From the NCBI GenBank assembly GCA_963814115.1, contig CAWFBS010000016.1, forward strand, positions 256,431-320,430: DNA of 64,000 nucleotides, in the 5' to 3' direction. The notes under the pieces are model-generated. The model made no database searches, had not been told where the DNA came from, and saw only the letters and a program-made list of their open reading frames with translations. The position numbers were made by a program, and so were the translations under genes. The stretch is from an uncultured Chloroflexia bacterium (GTDB lineage Bacteria > Chloroflexota > Limnocylindria > Limnocylindrales > CSP1-4). Shown here in pieces: positions 49,354-59,884 of this stretch; within the stretch, counting starts at the first letter, position 1; the number at the start of each line of letters is the position of its first letter.

Positions 49354-51066
49354 TCAGGCGTGCAGGCGCCGGCGAATCGCCCGCACCGTCGCCGAGCTGC
49401 TCCAGGCCCATCGCTTGCCATCCACCAGCGTCACATCCCCGACGCCGGTCAACGTGTGGAGTCCAGCGGGGAACGAGCCCCCACGCTCTGCCTCCAGGAA
49501 GCAGACGAACTCCTCCTCGAACGACGCCGTTGTCAGGGTGTGGATCCGCTTGACCGCCAGGCGATCGCCATACCCGGTCGAGCAATCCTGGGCGGGGCGG
49601 TAGAGCTGCCCGTCCACGCTGAAGAACGGCCCCGCGGGGCGGGCCGATCGAACGTCGACCAGGATAGGGTTGAGCGGATGCTCCTGCCAGGGACCCTCCG
49701 GCTGGTCGGCAAACCAGAGGAACAGCTCCGTCGCCGGGTTCAGGCGGTCGGCGCGGACGGCGAACAGCCACCACCGGTCCGCGTGGTGGAGCAGCGTCGA
49801 ATCGGCCAGGTCCATGCCCAGCCCAAGCTCGGCCGAGTGACGCCAGGCGCCACCGGTTCGGTCAGCTTCGTACAGCGCGAGCTTCCCCGAGGCGCGCGAC
49901 TCCGGGAGCATCATCCGGCGGCCGTCGTGCTCGAACAGGAACGGGTAGGAGAGGTGGCTGCCGATCTCGAGCACCGGCTCGGGTGCCGCCCACCCCTCGT
50001 CCCGGGTCCACCGCCTCCGCGCGATCGACGCGAAGCCTCGCGGGCGAGAGTAATCCTCGTAGAACACGTCCAGCGACGCGCCGTCCCATCGGCCGAACGG
50101 GTCGGCCGCGTAGTGGCCTCGGCGCGCCGGGGCCCAACGCACCGCCGGGATCGAGCGGCGTGCAAGGATGGATGCAACCGGAGCGTCGACGACTCCTATG
50201 TTCCAGTCGTCGTGGCGCAGGCCGTGGTGCCAGTACTTCAGCAGTCGCGCCCTGCCCGTACCGGCGAGGAACCGCAGGATCGGGACCACTGTGAGGGTCC
50301 TGCCGGGGGCCGCTGCCGTCGACGCTGACGACTGTCCTTGCACGCTCGCCGTCCCCAACCGGATCGCACGGCAAATCTGGGCGGGCCAGGCCGCCGGCCC
50401 CAGCAAGAGCCGGTCGCGCGTCAAGGCGTAGCTTTCTGGAGCCACGGCGAACCAACCCTTCCGCAGGACCACTCCGCTGATCCCTTCGGCCTCGCGTCGC
50501 AGAACCGCCCCAACAGTCGACTGCCCGTCCACGAGCTCCCAGAAGCCCGGAGGTTGGCCTCGATAGAGCGCTCCGTCTCCGTGATGGAACCTCCAAACCC
50601 CGAGGTTGGATGCTTCGAGGGCACCACCGCCGAGGTCCTCGAAGCCGAAGGCGATCAGGAACTCCAAACGGTATGCCCGGATAGCCTCGATATCCTCGGC
50701 ACGCAAGACGAGCCCGAGCTCGGCCCGCAAGGGTGACACCCGCATGACGGGAACGGTCTGCGACCATGGCATGGCCGTGGACGGCCGGAGGGCGCGGGGG
50801 CGCGACATGCGGGTCGAGTACGCATGGAATGCAGCCGTTTCGGCTCGCGCGCTCGTCGAGCGTCGAGGGCGCGCCCGTCGATATCCCGTACCCACGCCCC
50901 GGCTCGTGCCGGAGCGAACGACGACCAGAGCGAGCTCGGCATCGCCCGACGCCCGCAGGTGCTCGATGACGGACGCCTGCCAACCATTGACCGCTGCCGA
51001 GTCGAGCAGCACGCCGTAGCGCAACGGAGGGAGGGCCACCGGGTCCACTTCGCTCACCTCGCTCAC
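49354..51066 (-). CDS. Two-domain protein: formyltransferase-like N-domain plus GH43-like beta-propeller C-domain (function unknown; possibly a glycan-modifying enzyme)
   Basis: The N-terminal LGVWRFHHGDGALYRGQPPGFWE resembles the formyltransferase catalytic motif. The C-terminal half has WxxF/DG repeats typical of 5-bladed propellers. Confidence 0.4.
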   Translation of the reverse strand: MSEVSEVDPVALPPLRYGVLLDSAAVNGWQASVIEHLRASGDAELALVVVRSGTSRGVGTGYRRARPRRSTSARAETAAFHAYSTRMSRPRALRPSTAMPWSQTVPVMRVSPLRAELGLVLRAEDIEAIRAYRLEFLIAFGFEDLGGGALEASNLGVWRFHHGDGALYRGQPPGFWELVDGQSTVGAVLRREAEGISGVVLRKGWFAVAPESYALTRDRLLLGPAAWPAQICRAIRLGTASVQGQSSASTAAAPGRTLTVVPILRFLAGTGRARLLKYWHHGLRHDDWNIGVVDAPVASILARRSIPAVRWAPARRGHYAADPFGRWDGASLDVFYEDYSRPRGFASIARRRWTRDEGWAAPEPVLEIGSHLSYPFLFEHDGRRMMLPESRASGKLALYEADRTGGAWRHSAELGLGMDLADSTLLHHADRWWLFAVRADRLNPATELFLWFADQPEGPWQEHPLNPILVDVRSARPAGPFFSVDGQLYRPAQDCSTGYGDRLAVKRIHTLTTASFEEEFVCFLEAERGGSFPAGLHTLTGVGDVTLVDGKRWAWSSSATVRAIRRRLHA

Positions 51067-51236
51067 CCTCTTGTCGGCGCGCCTTCGGGCCGCCCTGCCG
51101 GATCTTCGTCGTTACCGCCGCCGGTCGCTCGGGGAGCCCCGGCCACAGTGGCGTCCGCTCCTCACGTTATCTCATCGACGGTCGAATCCGCCCCAAGGCC
51201 GAGCGCCGGGTCGCCGCCCTCCCCGCCGCCCGGCGC

Positions 51237-52458
51237 TCAGAGCGCGATGTCGTTGCCGCTGACCGTCCGGGTGCCCGTGGTTCCCGTGTCGCGGAGGAGC
51301 GCCGCGCCGCTGGCGGTGGGCTGGGGGTTGCCCGTGACGGTGAGATTCTGCACGTTGGCGAGGTAGATGACGGCGGTGCTCGATGGGCGGGTATCGTCGT
51401 CGGCGGTGGTGTTGTTCGTGATGACCACGTTCGTCTTGCGGTTGGTCTTGTCGGCCCGGATCCCGAGGCCGCCGAGGCCGTCGGCGTTGCCGTTGTCGGC
51501 GGTCGCCGCGCCGAAGTGGACGCGGTTCCCGTCGATCGTGAGGCCGTCCATGGGCGCCGTCGCCGAGGACGGCGTCCTGGGGGTTGGCCGCCACGAACCA
51601 GCTCGTCAGCGTCTGGCCCCAGCCGTAGTGCGTGACGTCGTTGTTCGAGATCGAGCACGTTCTGGAAGCCGCCGCCGGCGGATTGGCTCGAGTCCGGCTC
51701 GAGGTCGATGGCGCTGTCCACGGAGTCGTTGATCGGCGTTGTGGACGATCTGCACGTTCTGCGCGGCGACGATGCCGATGCCCATCTCGCCGCCCCGGAT
51801 CACCGAGTCGTGGATCGAGATGTTGGTCGGCCAGGTGGTCCCGCCGTCGGCGCTGAGCAACGGGCCGAAGCCGCGCAGGCGGTCCAAGGTGACGTGGTCG
51901 AACTCGATGAACGAGCAGCCCGCGCGGATGACGGCCGCGTTCATGTGCTCGTTGACGGCCGAGCCCGCCGCCGTCGTGCCGGTGGCCGGGTTGCCCCCGT
52001 CGACGGCGAAGCCGCGGACCAGGATGTGGGTGCTGTTCTGGAGGAAGAAGCGCGGAGGAGAAGTTGGTGGCCCCGCTGGTCCGCAGCTGGAGCGTGCCCC
52101 CGGTGCCGATCAGGGACAGGCCGGTCCGCCCGGTGAGGTTCAGGCCGGCATCGCCGCCGAGCTGGTAGCACGAGCCGGCCGGGAAGATCAGCGTGCTCCC
52201 GTTCTGCTGCGCCGCGATCCAGGCGTTGAGCGCCGGGCTCGCGTTCGTCGCGCAGGTCGCGTCGATCGAGGCGGGCACGGTGACGCCGACGGGCGACGGC
52301 GACGGGCTCGGGCTGGCCGACGGCGACGGGCTCGGGCTGGGCGTCGCCGAGGGGCTCGGGCTCGGTGTGAGAATGACGATAGTGGATGCCACGAGCGCGA
52401 CGAAGGCAGCCATCTCGGGCACCAGGCTGCGCTTGGACAATAGACGTCCGAATCTCAT
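51237..52458 (-). pseudogene. Decayed copy (copy 1) of the tandem beta-helix surface protein gene
   Basis: The N-terminus (membrane anchor, SPSPS linker, start of the beta-helix) matches copies 2 and 3. After that, four or more single-base insertions relative to copies 2 and 3 break the frame into ORF fragments (51237-51551, 51606-51944, 51941-52171). Confidence 0.6.
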
Positions 52459-52639
52459 GAATGCGCCATCAACACCCCTCTGCCGTCGAATTGGCGTCAG
52501 GGCCCGTACGGGAGCACCGAGGTTCAGCTACCACACCTTGGCCGACCAATGGACCGGACGATCTCCGCCGCGAGCCACCCGGACTCGTCCTTCCTGAGCG
52601 GACGTTCATGTCGTTGGGATCATGGCCGTCGCCCGGCGC

Positions 52640-54160
52640 TCAGAGCGCGATGTTGTTGCCGCTGACCGTCCGGGTGCCCGTGGTTCCCGTGTCGCGGAGG
52701 AGCGCCGCGCCGCTGGCGGTGGGCTGGCGGTTGCCCGTGACGGTGAGATTCTCGACGTTGGCGAGGTTGATGACGGCGGTGCTCGAGGGGCGGGTATCGT
52801 CGTCGGTGGTGGTGTTGTTCGTGATGACCACGTTCGTCTTGCGGTTGCTCTTGTCGGCCCGGATCCCGAGGCCGCCCAGGCCGTCGGCGTTGCCGTTGTT
52901 GGCGGTCGCCGCGCCGATGTGGACCCGGTTCCCGTCGATCGTGAGGCCGTCCATGGTCGCCGTCGCGAGGACGGCGTCCTGGGGGTTGGCCGCCACGAAC
53001 CAGCTCGTGAGCGTCTGGCCCCAGCCGTAGTTCGTGACGTCGTTGTTCGAGATGAGCACGTTCTGGAAGCCGCCGCCGTAGCCGGGCTCGCCGTTGGTCC
53101 CTGGCTGGGTGAAGTCCGGCTCGAGGTCGATGGCGCTGTCCACGGAGTCGTTGATGGCGTTGTGGACGATCTGCACGTTCCGCGCGGCGACGATGCCGAT
53201 GCCCATCTCGCCGCCCCGGATCACCGAGTCGTGGATCGAGATGTTGGTCGGCCAGGTGGTCCCGCCGTCGGCGCTGAGCAACGGGCCGAAGCCGCGCAGG
53301 CGGTCCCAGGTGACGTGGTCGAACTCGATGAACGAGCAGCCCGCGCGGATGACGGCCGCGTTCATGTGCTCGTTGACGGCCGAGCCCGCCGCCGTCGTGC
53401 CGGTGGCCGGGTTGCCCCCGTCGACGGCGAAGCCGCGGACCAGGATGTGGGTGCTGTTCTGGAGGAAGAACGCGGAGGAGAAGTTGGTGGCCCCGCTGGT
53501 CCGCAGCTGGAGCGTGCTGCCGGTCCCGATCAGGGACAGGCCGGTCCGCCCGGTGAGGTTCAGACCGGCATCGCCGCCGAGCTGGTAGCACGAGCCGGCC
53601 GGGAAGATCAGCGTGCTCCCGTTCTGCTGCGCCGCGATCCAGGCGTTGAGCGCCGGGCTCGCGTTCGTCGCGCAGGTCGCGTCGATCGAGGCGGGCACGG
53701 TGGATCGGACGATCACCGAGATCCGAACGTGTGCCGTCGTGGCAGGTGGGCTGATCCGGGAGTTGGCCCGGTACAGCGCTACGGCGGCGGCCGTGATGTA
53801 GCCGAAGGTAACGGTGTGGCTCCCGGCGGTCGCTTCACGAGGGATCCGAAGTTGGGCTACGAACCGACCGGCGCGGTCCACCGAGATGAAACGGAGGTGC
53901 GCGGTCGCCGCGTCCCAGCGAGCCTCGAGGATCGTGGTCGCCCTGAAGCCGGTCCCGCTCATCGTGACGAGCAGTCCGGGCTGCGCCTCGCCCTGCACTG
54001 TGACCCGGTAGGTGGTCGCGTCGACGTCGGGGGCGGCAAGCGCGGCGAATGCCGGGGTGGCGAGGACAACCGCCAGCAGCACGACGCGGACAGGTCGTCC
54101 TAGCCTGCCGCGACGGGCAGTCGTCCATCGGCCGACCTCGGTCGCCGTCCGGTCCACCAT
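52640..54160 (-). CDS. Secreted right-handed parallel beta-helix (pectin-lyase-fold) protein, copy 2 (N-terminal Ig-like domain)
   Basis: Signal peptide. Beta-helix repeats (IHDSVIRGGEMGIGIVAARNVQIVHNAINDSVDSAIDLE...). The C-terminal roughly 400 aa are near-identical to copy 3. Confidence 0.7.
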   Translation of the reverse strand: MVDRTATEVGRWTTARRGRLGRPVRVVLLAVVLATPAFAALAAPDVDATTYRVTVQGEAQPGLLVTMSGTGFRATTILEARWDAATAHLRFISVDRAGRFVAQLRIPREATAGSHTVTFGYITAAAVALYRANSRISPPATTAHVRISVIVRSTVPASIDATCATNASPALNAWIAAQQNGSTLIFPAGSCYQLGGDAGLNLTGRTGLSLIGTGSTLQLRTSGATNFSSAFFLQNSTHILVRGFAVDGGNPATGTTAAGSAVNEHMNAAVIRAGCSFIEFDHVTWDRLRGFGPLLSADGGTTWPTNISIHDSVIRGGEMGIGIVAARNVQIVHNAINDSVDSAIDLEPDFTQPGTNGEPGYGGGFQNVLISNNDVTNYGWGQTLTSWFVAANPQDAVLATATMDGLTIDGNRVHIGAATANNGNADGLGGLGIRADKSNRKTNVVITNNTTTDDDTRPSSTAVINLANVENLTVTGNRQPTASGAALLRDTGTTGTRTVSGNNIAL

Positions 54161-54389
54161 GCTCAGCCACCCTCAACTGATGGGCCGCCTTCTGGTCCCG
54201 AGTACCGCGACCGCACGGCCGCGCAAAACGGACTCGGAGACTGTGGGGCCGGCCCGGGGCCGGCCCATTGCAGTAGCCAACCGCCCGAGTCTACCGGGGA
54301 ATGCGAGGAATGGCGACCCGAGGGTCTGACGCAATCTCCGGCACCACGCGCTCACATCGAGGCCTGCCGCCCTCCCCGCCGCCCGGCGC

Positions 54390-56144
54390 TCAGAGCGCGA
54401 TGTTGTTGCCGCTGACCGTCCGGGTGCCCGTGGTTCCCGTGTCGCGGAGGAGCGCCGCGCCGCTGGCGGTGGGCTGGCGGTTGCCCGTGACGGTGAGATT
54501 CTCGACGTTGGCGAGGTTGATGACGGCGGTGCTCGAGGGGCGGGTATCGTCGTCGGTGGTGGTGTTGTTCGTGATGACCACGTTCGTCTTGCGGTTGCTC
54601 TTGTCGGCCCGGATCCCGAGGCCGCCCAGGCCGTCGGCGTTGCCGTTGTTGGCGGTCGCCGCGCCGATGTGGACCCGGTTCCCGTCGATCGTGAGGCCGT
54701 CCATGGTCGCCGTCGCGAGGACGGCGTCCTGGGGGTTGGCCGCCACGAACCAGCTCGTGAGCGTCTGGCCCCAGCCGTAGTTCGTGACGTCGTTGTTCGA
54801 GATGAGCACGTTCTGGAAGCCGCCGCCGGCGGATTGGCTCGAGTCCGGCTCGAGGTCGATGGCGCTGTCCACGGAGTCGTTGATGGCGTTGTGGACGATC
54901 TGCACGTTCCGCGCGGCGACGATGCCGATGCCCATCTCGCCGCCCCGGATCACCGAGTCGTGGATCGAGATGTTGGTCGGCCAGGTGGTCCCGCCGTCGG
55001 CGCTGAGCAACGGGCCGAAGCCGCGCAGGCGGTCCCAGGTGACGTGGTCGAACTCGATGAACGAGCAGCCCGCGCGGATGACGGCCGCGTTCATGTGCTC
55101 GTTGACGGCCGAGCCCGCCGCCGTCGTGCCGGTGGCCGGGTTGCCCCCGTCGACGGCGAAGCCGCGGACCAGGATGTGGGTGCTGTTCTGGAGGAAGAAC
55201 GCGGAGGAGAAGTTGGTGGCCCCGCTGGTCCGCAGCTGGAGCGTGCTGCCGGTCCCGATCAGGGACAGGCCGGTCCGCCCGGTGAGGTTCAGACCGGCAT
55301 CGCCGCCGAGCTGGTAGCACGAGCCGGCCGGGAAGATCAGCGTGCTCCCGTTCTGCTGCGCCGCGATCCAGGCGTTGAGCGCCGGGCTCGCGTTCGTCGC
55401 GCAGGTCGCGTCGATCGAGGCGGGCACGGTGACGCCGACGGGCGACGGCGACGGGCTCGGGCTGGCCGACGGCGACGGGCTCGGGCTGGGCGTCGCCGAG
55501 GGGCTCGGGCTCGGCGTCGCCGAGGGGCTCGGGCTGGGCGTCGCCGAGGGGCTCGGGCTGAGCGACGGCGCGAGCGTGGTGAGCGTGAAGTCAGCGGATA
55601 CCGACGTATACCCGGCTGCATCCCGGGACTTCACGCGATAGTGATACAAGGCGCCCGCATCGAGGCCGGCCACCTGTTGCGTGTGAAGAGAGGATGTGAG
55701 GGAGAGGTCTGGAGCCGTCATGCTGCCGTAACCACTGGTGAGGCCGTATTCCACCTGCCCCGTGGTGGGCTCGTTCACGCTCCACGAGATCTGGGCGCTC
55801 TTCTGGGTAATCGCGCTTGCCCTGACGGCGCTGATCGTGGGACCAAACGGCGTTGGCGTCGGCGTGGGGGTGGGCTTCGGAGTCCGGGTAGGCTGCGGGC
55901 TTGGCGCGGCGGTTGGTTTCGGGTGCTGGTGGCCACCCCGACCAGCCGACGGGCCCCACTGTGCCGCGATGGCCTGATTGGGGGATCTGGACGCGGCGTT
56001 CGTCGCCACAAAGGGGATCGCAAGGGCAATGATCCCGGTGATCATGACTCCGGTCGCGATCCAGTCGCGCGCCCGGCGGCGGCTTGCGGTGGAAGGGGTC
56101 TCGGACGCAAGACTGTCCGTCCAGCGTGTTCCGTTCCAGAACAT
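54390..56144 (-). CDS. Membrane-anchored beta-helix protein, copy 3 (N-terminal transmembrane helix, FN3 domain, (SPSPSATP)n linker, beta-helix)
   Basis: FN3-like ISWSVNEPTTGQVEYG...YHYRVKSRDAAGYTS, then SPSPSATPSPSPSATPSPSPSATPSPSPSPSASPSPSPSP, then a beta-helix identical to copy 2. Confidence 0.7.
   Translation of the reverse strand: MFWNGTRWTDSLASETPSTASRRRARDWIATGVMITGIIALAIPFVATNAASRSPNQAIAAQWGPSAGRGGHQHPKPTAAPSPQPTRTPKPTPTPTPTPFGPTISAVRASAITQKSAQISWSVNEPTTGQVEYGLTSGYGSMTAPDLSLTSSLHTQQVAGLDAGALYHYRVKSRDAAGYTSVSADFTLTTLAPSLSPSPSATPSPSPSATPSPSPSATPSPSPSPSASPSPSPSPVGVTVPASIDATCATNASPALNAWIAAQQNGSTLIFPAGSCYQLGGDAGLNLTGRTGLSLIGTGSTLQLRTSGATNFSSAFFLQNSTHILVRGFAVDGGNPATGTTAAGSAVNEHMNAAVIRAGCSFIEFDHVTWDRLRGFGPLLSADGGTTWPTNISIHDSVIRGGEMGIGIVAARNVQIVHNAINDSVDSAIDLEPDSSQSAGGGFQNVLISNNDVTNYGWGQTLTSWFVAANPQDAVLATATMDGLTIDGNRVHIGAATANNGNADGLGGLGIRADKSNRKTNVVITNNTTTDDDTRPSSTAVINLANVENLTVTGNRQPTASGAALLRDTGTTGTRTVSGNNIAL
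55437..55565 (-). repeat. Ser/Pro/Thr/Ala-rich repeat linker ((SPSPSATP)n) within beta-helix copy 3
   Basis: A ggcgacggcgacgggctcgggctg-type 24-bp repeat in the DNA. The same linker occurs in copy 1. Confidence 0.5.
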
Positions 56145-56528
56145 GACGCGGCTCCGTTCGGCAACCCGGCTGACTCGGAGAGTCCCGTGGCTTTGCGGCC
56201 CCGCCTCGCGACGGGTGTGCTATTTCGTGGATGCCGGCCGGATGAAGACAGGTCAGCCAGCGCGGCGCAGACACCAGCCAGGGTACGTCAGTGAGCTCCG
56301 ATGGACTACAGGGCGATTCGTACCGTGCTCAATGAGTCGGTCACATCACCAGCGGGCCCACAGGGTCCCCGCAGCACACTCGACCCCCCTCCGAATCCGT
56401 GTTCAAATGCCCGGGCGGGCCTTCGCGCGTGCGCGTGCGCACCACTTCGCGGGGCGATTGACCAGGCCGCCTGTGGGCCTGGGCGTCGTCGACCCGTCCG
56501 CCGCCGACCGGACTCCCAGGGCTCCGCG

Positions 56529-57551
56529 CTACGGTCGCCGGTACAACGGGAAGTACCCGCTCCGGTCAGCCGGATCGAGGGCTGGGTCGACGGCCTCGAC
56601 AAGGCGCCGGTACGCCTGCTCATCGATGACGATCCGGAGCGTGCTGAACGGGTGGTGAAGCGGCGAGAAGCCATCCTTGAAGTGCAGGAGCGAGTCACTG
56701 CCGGCGCCGACGCCCCCCCCGAGGTGCAGGTACCGATCGCCCCGGGCTTTCGCCCAGCCAATCACGAACTGCATCATCAGCTTCGTCGGCTGGGCGTTCA
56801 TTGCCGCGTCGCTCGTCCCCGAGAGATGGTATTGCACGATGCGACAGGTCTCCGCGTACAGGCCCGCCGCGGCAATCTCGCCTTCCCGCTCGACTAGGCA
56901 CAGGTGGAGCCGATCGCGGAGCGCGTCACGCAACCCGTCGAAGTACGCATCGTCGAAGAAGTAGAACTGGTTCGCGGAGCGACGTTCCATCGTCGCCCGG
57001 TACAGTTCCTTGAACGAATTGAGGTGGGTCCACGTCTCGTCCATCCGGGCGACATACCCGAGTCGCACAGCCCGCTTGATGCCACGCCGATGATCGACGC
57101 GCATCTGTTCCCGCAAGACTTCGCCAGGCAGGGAAAGGTCGACGCTGACCGTGTCACCGTGGTACACGACCGTGCCGATCCCGGAAGGGGGCACCGGGTT
57201 GAGCAGTGGGTGAAGGCGTACGAAGGCCGACACCACACCGGCTGCGCGGAGCACCTGGACGCCGGCGGCAAGGGCTTCGCGAAGAAAGGTCGCATCCCCG
57301 GTTCCGCGCACCAGGGGTCCCGGATACCCGTACGGCGACGTCGCGTCGAGGCCGCCGCCGGGAATGCTCCGAGTGATGAGCGGGAGCAGCATCGCGTTGC
57401 CGTTGGCGGCGACCAACAGTCCCCGCGGCTCCCCACGTTCCTGCGCCGCGCACAGGGCGACGTAGGGCGGGAGGTGGTAGAAGTCGTGGTCCGTCTCCTC
57501 CAGGAAGGATGTCCACGCCGGTGCGTTGACATCCAGAAGCTCACCCTTCAT
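56529..57551 (-). CDS. FemAB-family / GNAT-fold aminoacyl- or acyl-transferase (Acetyltransf_6)
   Basis: 340 aa with a two-GNAT-lobe organisation: ...NAMLLPLITRSIPGGGLDATSPYGYPGP... and LHLGGGVGAGSDSLLHFKDGFS. Confidence 0.55.
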   Translation of the reverse strand: MKGELLDVNAPAWTSFLEETDHDFYHLPPYVALCAAQERGEPRGLLVAANGNAMLLPLITRSIPGGGLDATSPYGYPGPLVRGTGDATFLREALAAGVQVLRAAGVVSAFVRLHPLLNPVPPSGIGTVVYHGDTVSVDLSLPGEVLREQMRVDHRRGIKRAVRLGYVARMDETWTHLNSFKELYRATMERRSANQFYFFDDAYFDGLRDALRDRLHLCLVEREGEIAAAGLYAETCRIVQYHLSGTSDAAMNAQPTKLMMQFVIGWAKARGDRYLHLGGGVGAGSDSLLHFKDGFSPLHHPFSTLRIVIDEQAYRRLVEAVDPALDPADRSGYFPLYRRP

Positions 57552-57590
57552 CGCAGGTCGGGCAAAGGGAGTGGGCAGGGCGGCGATTGG

Positions 57591-58538
57591 TCATCGAGTG
57601 CCTCGCCCAGACGATTCACGGATGGCGCGGAAGAAGAGCGATGGCCCGGGAGTCACCGAGGCGAGGCGCGATTGGAGTGGTCGCTCCAATGCCGCGAGGA
57701 TCCCCGGGGGCACGCGGCGGCTTACGACGGGAAGTCGGAAGATCGACGCCGTGCGTGTCGTCTCGACCCGGAAGCCGGCCGAGCGCAGCCACGTTCGGAC
57801 GTCGGCGGGCGCATGGTCGAAATCCGTTCCGGGGCTCCTCCACTGCGGCTTCGATCGAAGCTCGTCGGACCGGGCGGAGGGCCTGCGTCTGCGGATCACA
57901 TCGGGGAGAAGGTAGACGCCGTCGTTGCGCTCCGAACCCCGCGTGAACGGCGACCGTTCGTGCCGTCGCATCAGGTAGGCAGCAATCGCCTTGAGGTTGC
58001 GCTTGTTCGCGGACTCCAGCACGAGCACGCCGTCCGGGCGGAGCACGCGGGCGAGCTCTCGAATTGCGGGCCTCGGGTCCTGGAAATGGTGCAGGACCCG
58101 GATGCACACGGCCGTGTCGAAGGTGGCATCCGGGAACGGGAGCGAGAATGCGTCACCCGATACGAACTGGTACCGGTCATCGCCCTCGAGCCGTTCTCGG
58201 GCCGCCTGGAGCATCGTCTCGGAGGCATCCAGCAGTACGACCTCGCGATAGCCTCGATACTCGCCGGCCAGGCGCCCGAAGCCGGCGCCGACCTCGATCA
58301 CGCGCACGCCTACCGCGGGCATCAACGCGCGGAGCGCAAGGCGGTCACAGGCGTCCTCGTAGACACGGACCGGCCAGAAGGCGTCGCGGTACGAGAGATC
58401 GGCGAATGCGCGCAACGTCTTCTGGAGTCCCGGATCGGCCCTCGTCGCCGGCGCTCCGCGTGGCTCGCCGTTCGGGTCTCGACCCAGCGGATCTGACGCC
58501 GGAGTCGTTACCAGTTCGGCGTTCGGTGGGATGCTCAC
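57591..58538 (-). CDS. Class I SAM-dependent methyltransferase
   Basis: VIEVGAGFGRL (motif I), DASETML, and AFSLPFPDATFDTAVCIRVLHH. Confidence 0.75.
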   Translation of the reverse strand: MSIPPNAELVTTPASDPLGRDPNGEPRGAPATRADPGLQKTLRAFADLSYRDAFWPVRVYEDACDRLALRALMPAVGVRVIEVGAGFGRLAGEYRGYREVVLLDASETMLQAARERLEGDDRYQFVSGDAFSLPFPDATFDTAVCIRVLHHFQDPRPAIRELARVLRPDGVLVLESANKRNLKAIAAYLMRRHERSPFTRGSERNDGVYLLPDVIRRRRPSARSDELRSKPQWRSPGTDFDHAPADVRTWLRSAGFRVETTRTASIFRLPVVSRRVPPGILAALERPLQSRLASVTPGPSLFFRAIRESSGRGTR

Positions 58539-58753
58539 GGTTGGTTCACGTGACGGCGCATGCCGTCATCCTATCGGTCGCCACGGGCTCGTGGGAGGGC
58601 GAGCCCGACGATGGGGCCCCATCGAGCGTGCGTGGTGCTGCAAGGCACCATTGCCTCTGGCTAGCCCGCAAGTACCGGGAGCCGCGTGGTAACGTGCGAG
58701 GCTCGCCCGGGTCCCCAGGGGCACCTGCCCGCCGCGCCAATGTCGGAGACCTC

Positions 58754-59884
58754 ATGACTTCGTTGCCCGAGCCTCATCGATGGATCGTGCCGCTGGCGAG
58801 GCCGGACATCGGCGACCGCGAGATCGACCTCGTAACCCAGGTCCTGCGCAGCGACGTTCTCGCGATGGGCCAGTTCACCAAGCGCTTCGAAGCTGGCATC
58901 GCGTCCTTGGCCGGCCGCCACGAAGGGGTTGCATGCTCAAGCGGGACGGCCGGGCTGCATCTCGGCGTCGACGCCATGGGGATCGGCGAGGGTGACGAGG
59001 TCATCACCACGCCCTTCAGCTTCGTCGCCTCCTCCAATTGCCTCCTGTACGAGCGCGCCGTCCCGCGCTTCGTCGACATCGAGGAGGACAGCCTTGGGAT
59101 CGACCCCGATCTAGTCGACAACGCCGCAACGAAGCGGACGCGGGCGGTCCTGCCGGTCCACGTGTTTGGCCGTCCGTGCCGGATCGAGGCGATCGAGGCG
59201 CTCGCTCGGCGGCGCGGTTGGTCGATCATCGAGGACGCCTGTGAGGGGCTCGGCTCGTCGGTCGGCGGACGGCCGCTGGGCAGCTTCGGCGACGTCGCCG
59301 TCTTCGCTTTCTACCCGAACAAGCAGATCACGACGGGCGAGGGCGGGATGGTCGTCACCGACGATCCCGCAGTCGCCGAGACGATGCGCAGCCTCCGCAA
59401 CCAGGGACGGGATGCGGACGGCACCTGGCTTCGTCACGTTCGCCTAGGTTACAATTACCGGCTCGACGAGATGTCGGCTGCCGTCGGCGTGGCACAGCTC
59501 GAGCGGATCGACGAGCTGCGCGCCGGGCGGGCCCGCGTGGTGGCCGTCTACGAGTCGGTGCTCGCCGACCAGGACTGGCTTCGCCTCCCCCGCGCTGGGG
59601 CCGGGGAGACGGTCGACTGGTTCGTCTACGTGGTGCGACTCCATCCCGAGATCGACCGTGACCGGGTGATCGGCCGACTGGCCGCGCTCGGAGTTCCCTC
59701 GCGTCCGTACTTCTCGCCGATCCACCTCCAGCCCTTCTATCGCTCGATGTTCGGGTTCAAGCTGGGTGACTTCCCGGTGACCGAGAGGATCGCCGCGTCC
59801 ACGCTTGCGCTTCCGTTCTCGAGCCGGCTGACGGACGCGGATGTTGGGTTCGTGGCCGACAGCCTGCGGGAGGCGGTCGAATGA
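58754..59884 (+). CDS. DegT/DnrJ/EryC1/StrS-family PLP-dependent sugar aminotransferase (PglE-like)
   Basis: GTAGLHLG, FSFVASSN, and the Lys region FAFYPNKQITTGEGGMVVTDD. Confidence 0.85.
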   Translation: MTSLPEPHRWIVPLARPDIGDREIDLVTQVLRSDVLAMGQFTKRFEAGIASLAGRHEGVACSSGTAGLHLGVDAMGIGEGDEVITTPFSFVASSNCLLYERAVPRFVDIEEDSLGIDPDLVDNAATKRTRAVLPVHVFGRPCRIEAIEALARRRGWSIIEDACEGLGSSVGGRPLGSFGDVAVFAFYPNKQITTGEGGMVVTDDPAVAETMRSLRNQGRDADGTWLRHVRLGYNYRLDEMSAAVGVAQLERIDELRAGRARVVAVYESVLADQDWLRLPRAGAGETVDWFVYVVRLHPEIDRDRVIGRLAALGVPSRPYFSPIHLQPFYRSMFGFKLGDFPVTERIAASTLALPFSSRLTDADVGFVADSLREAVE

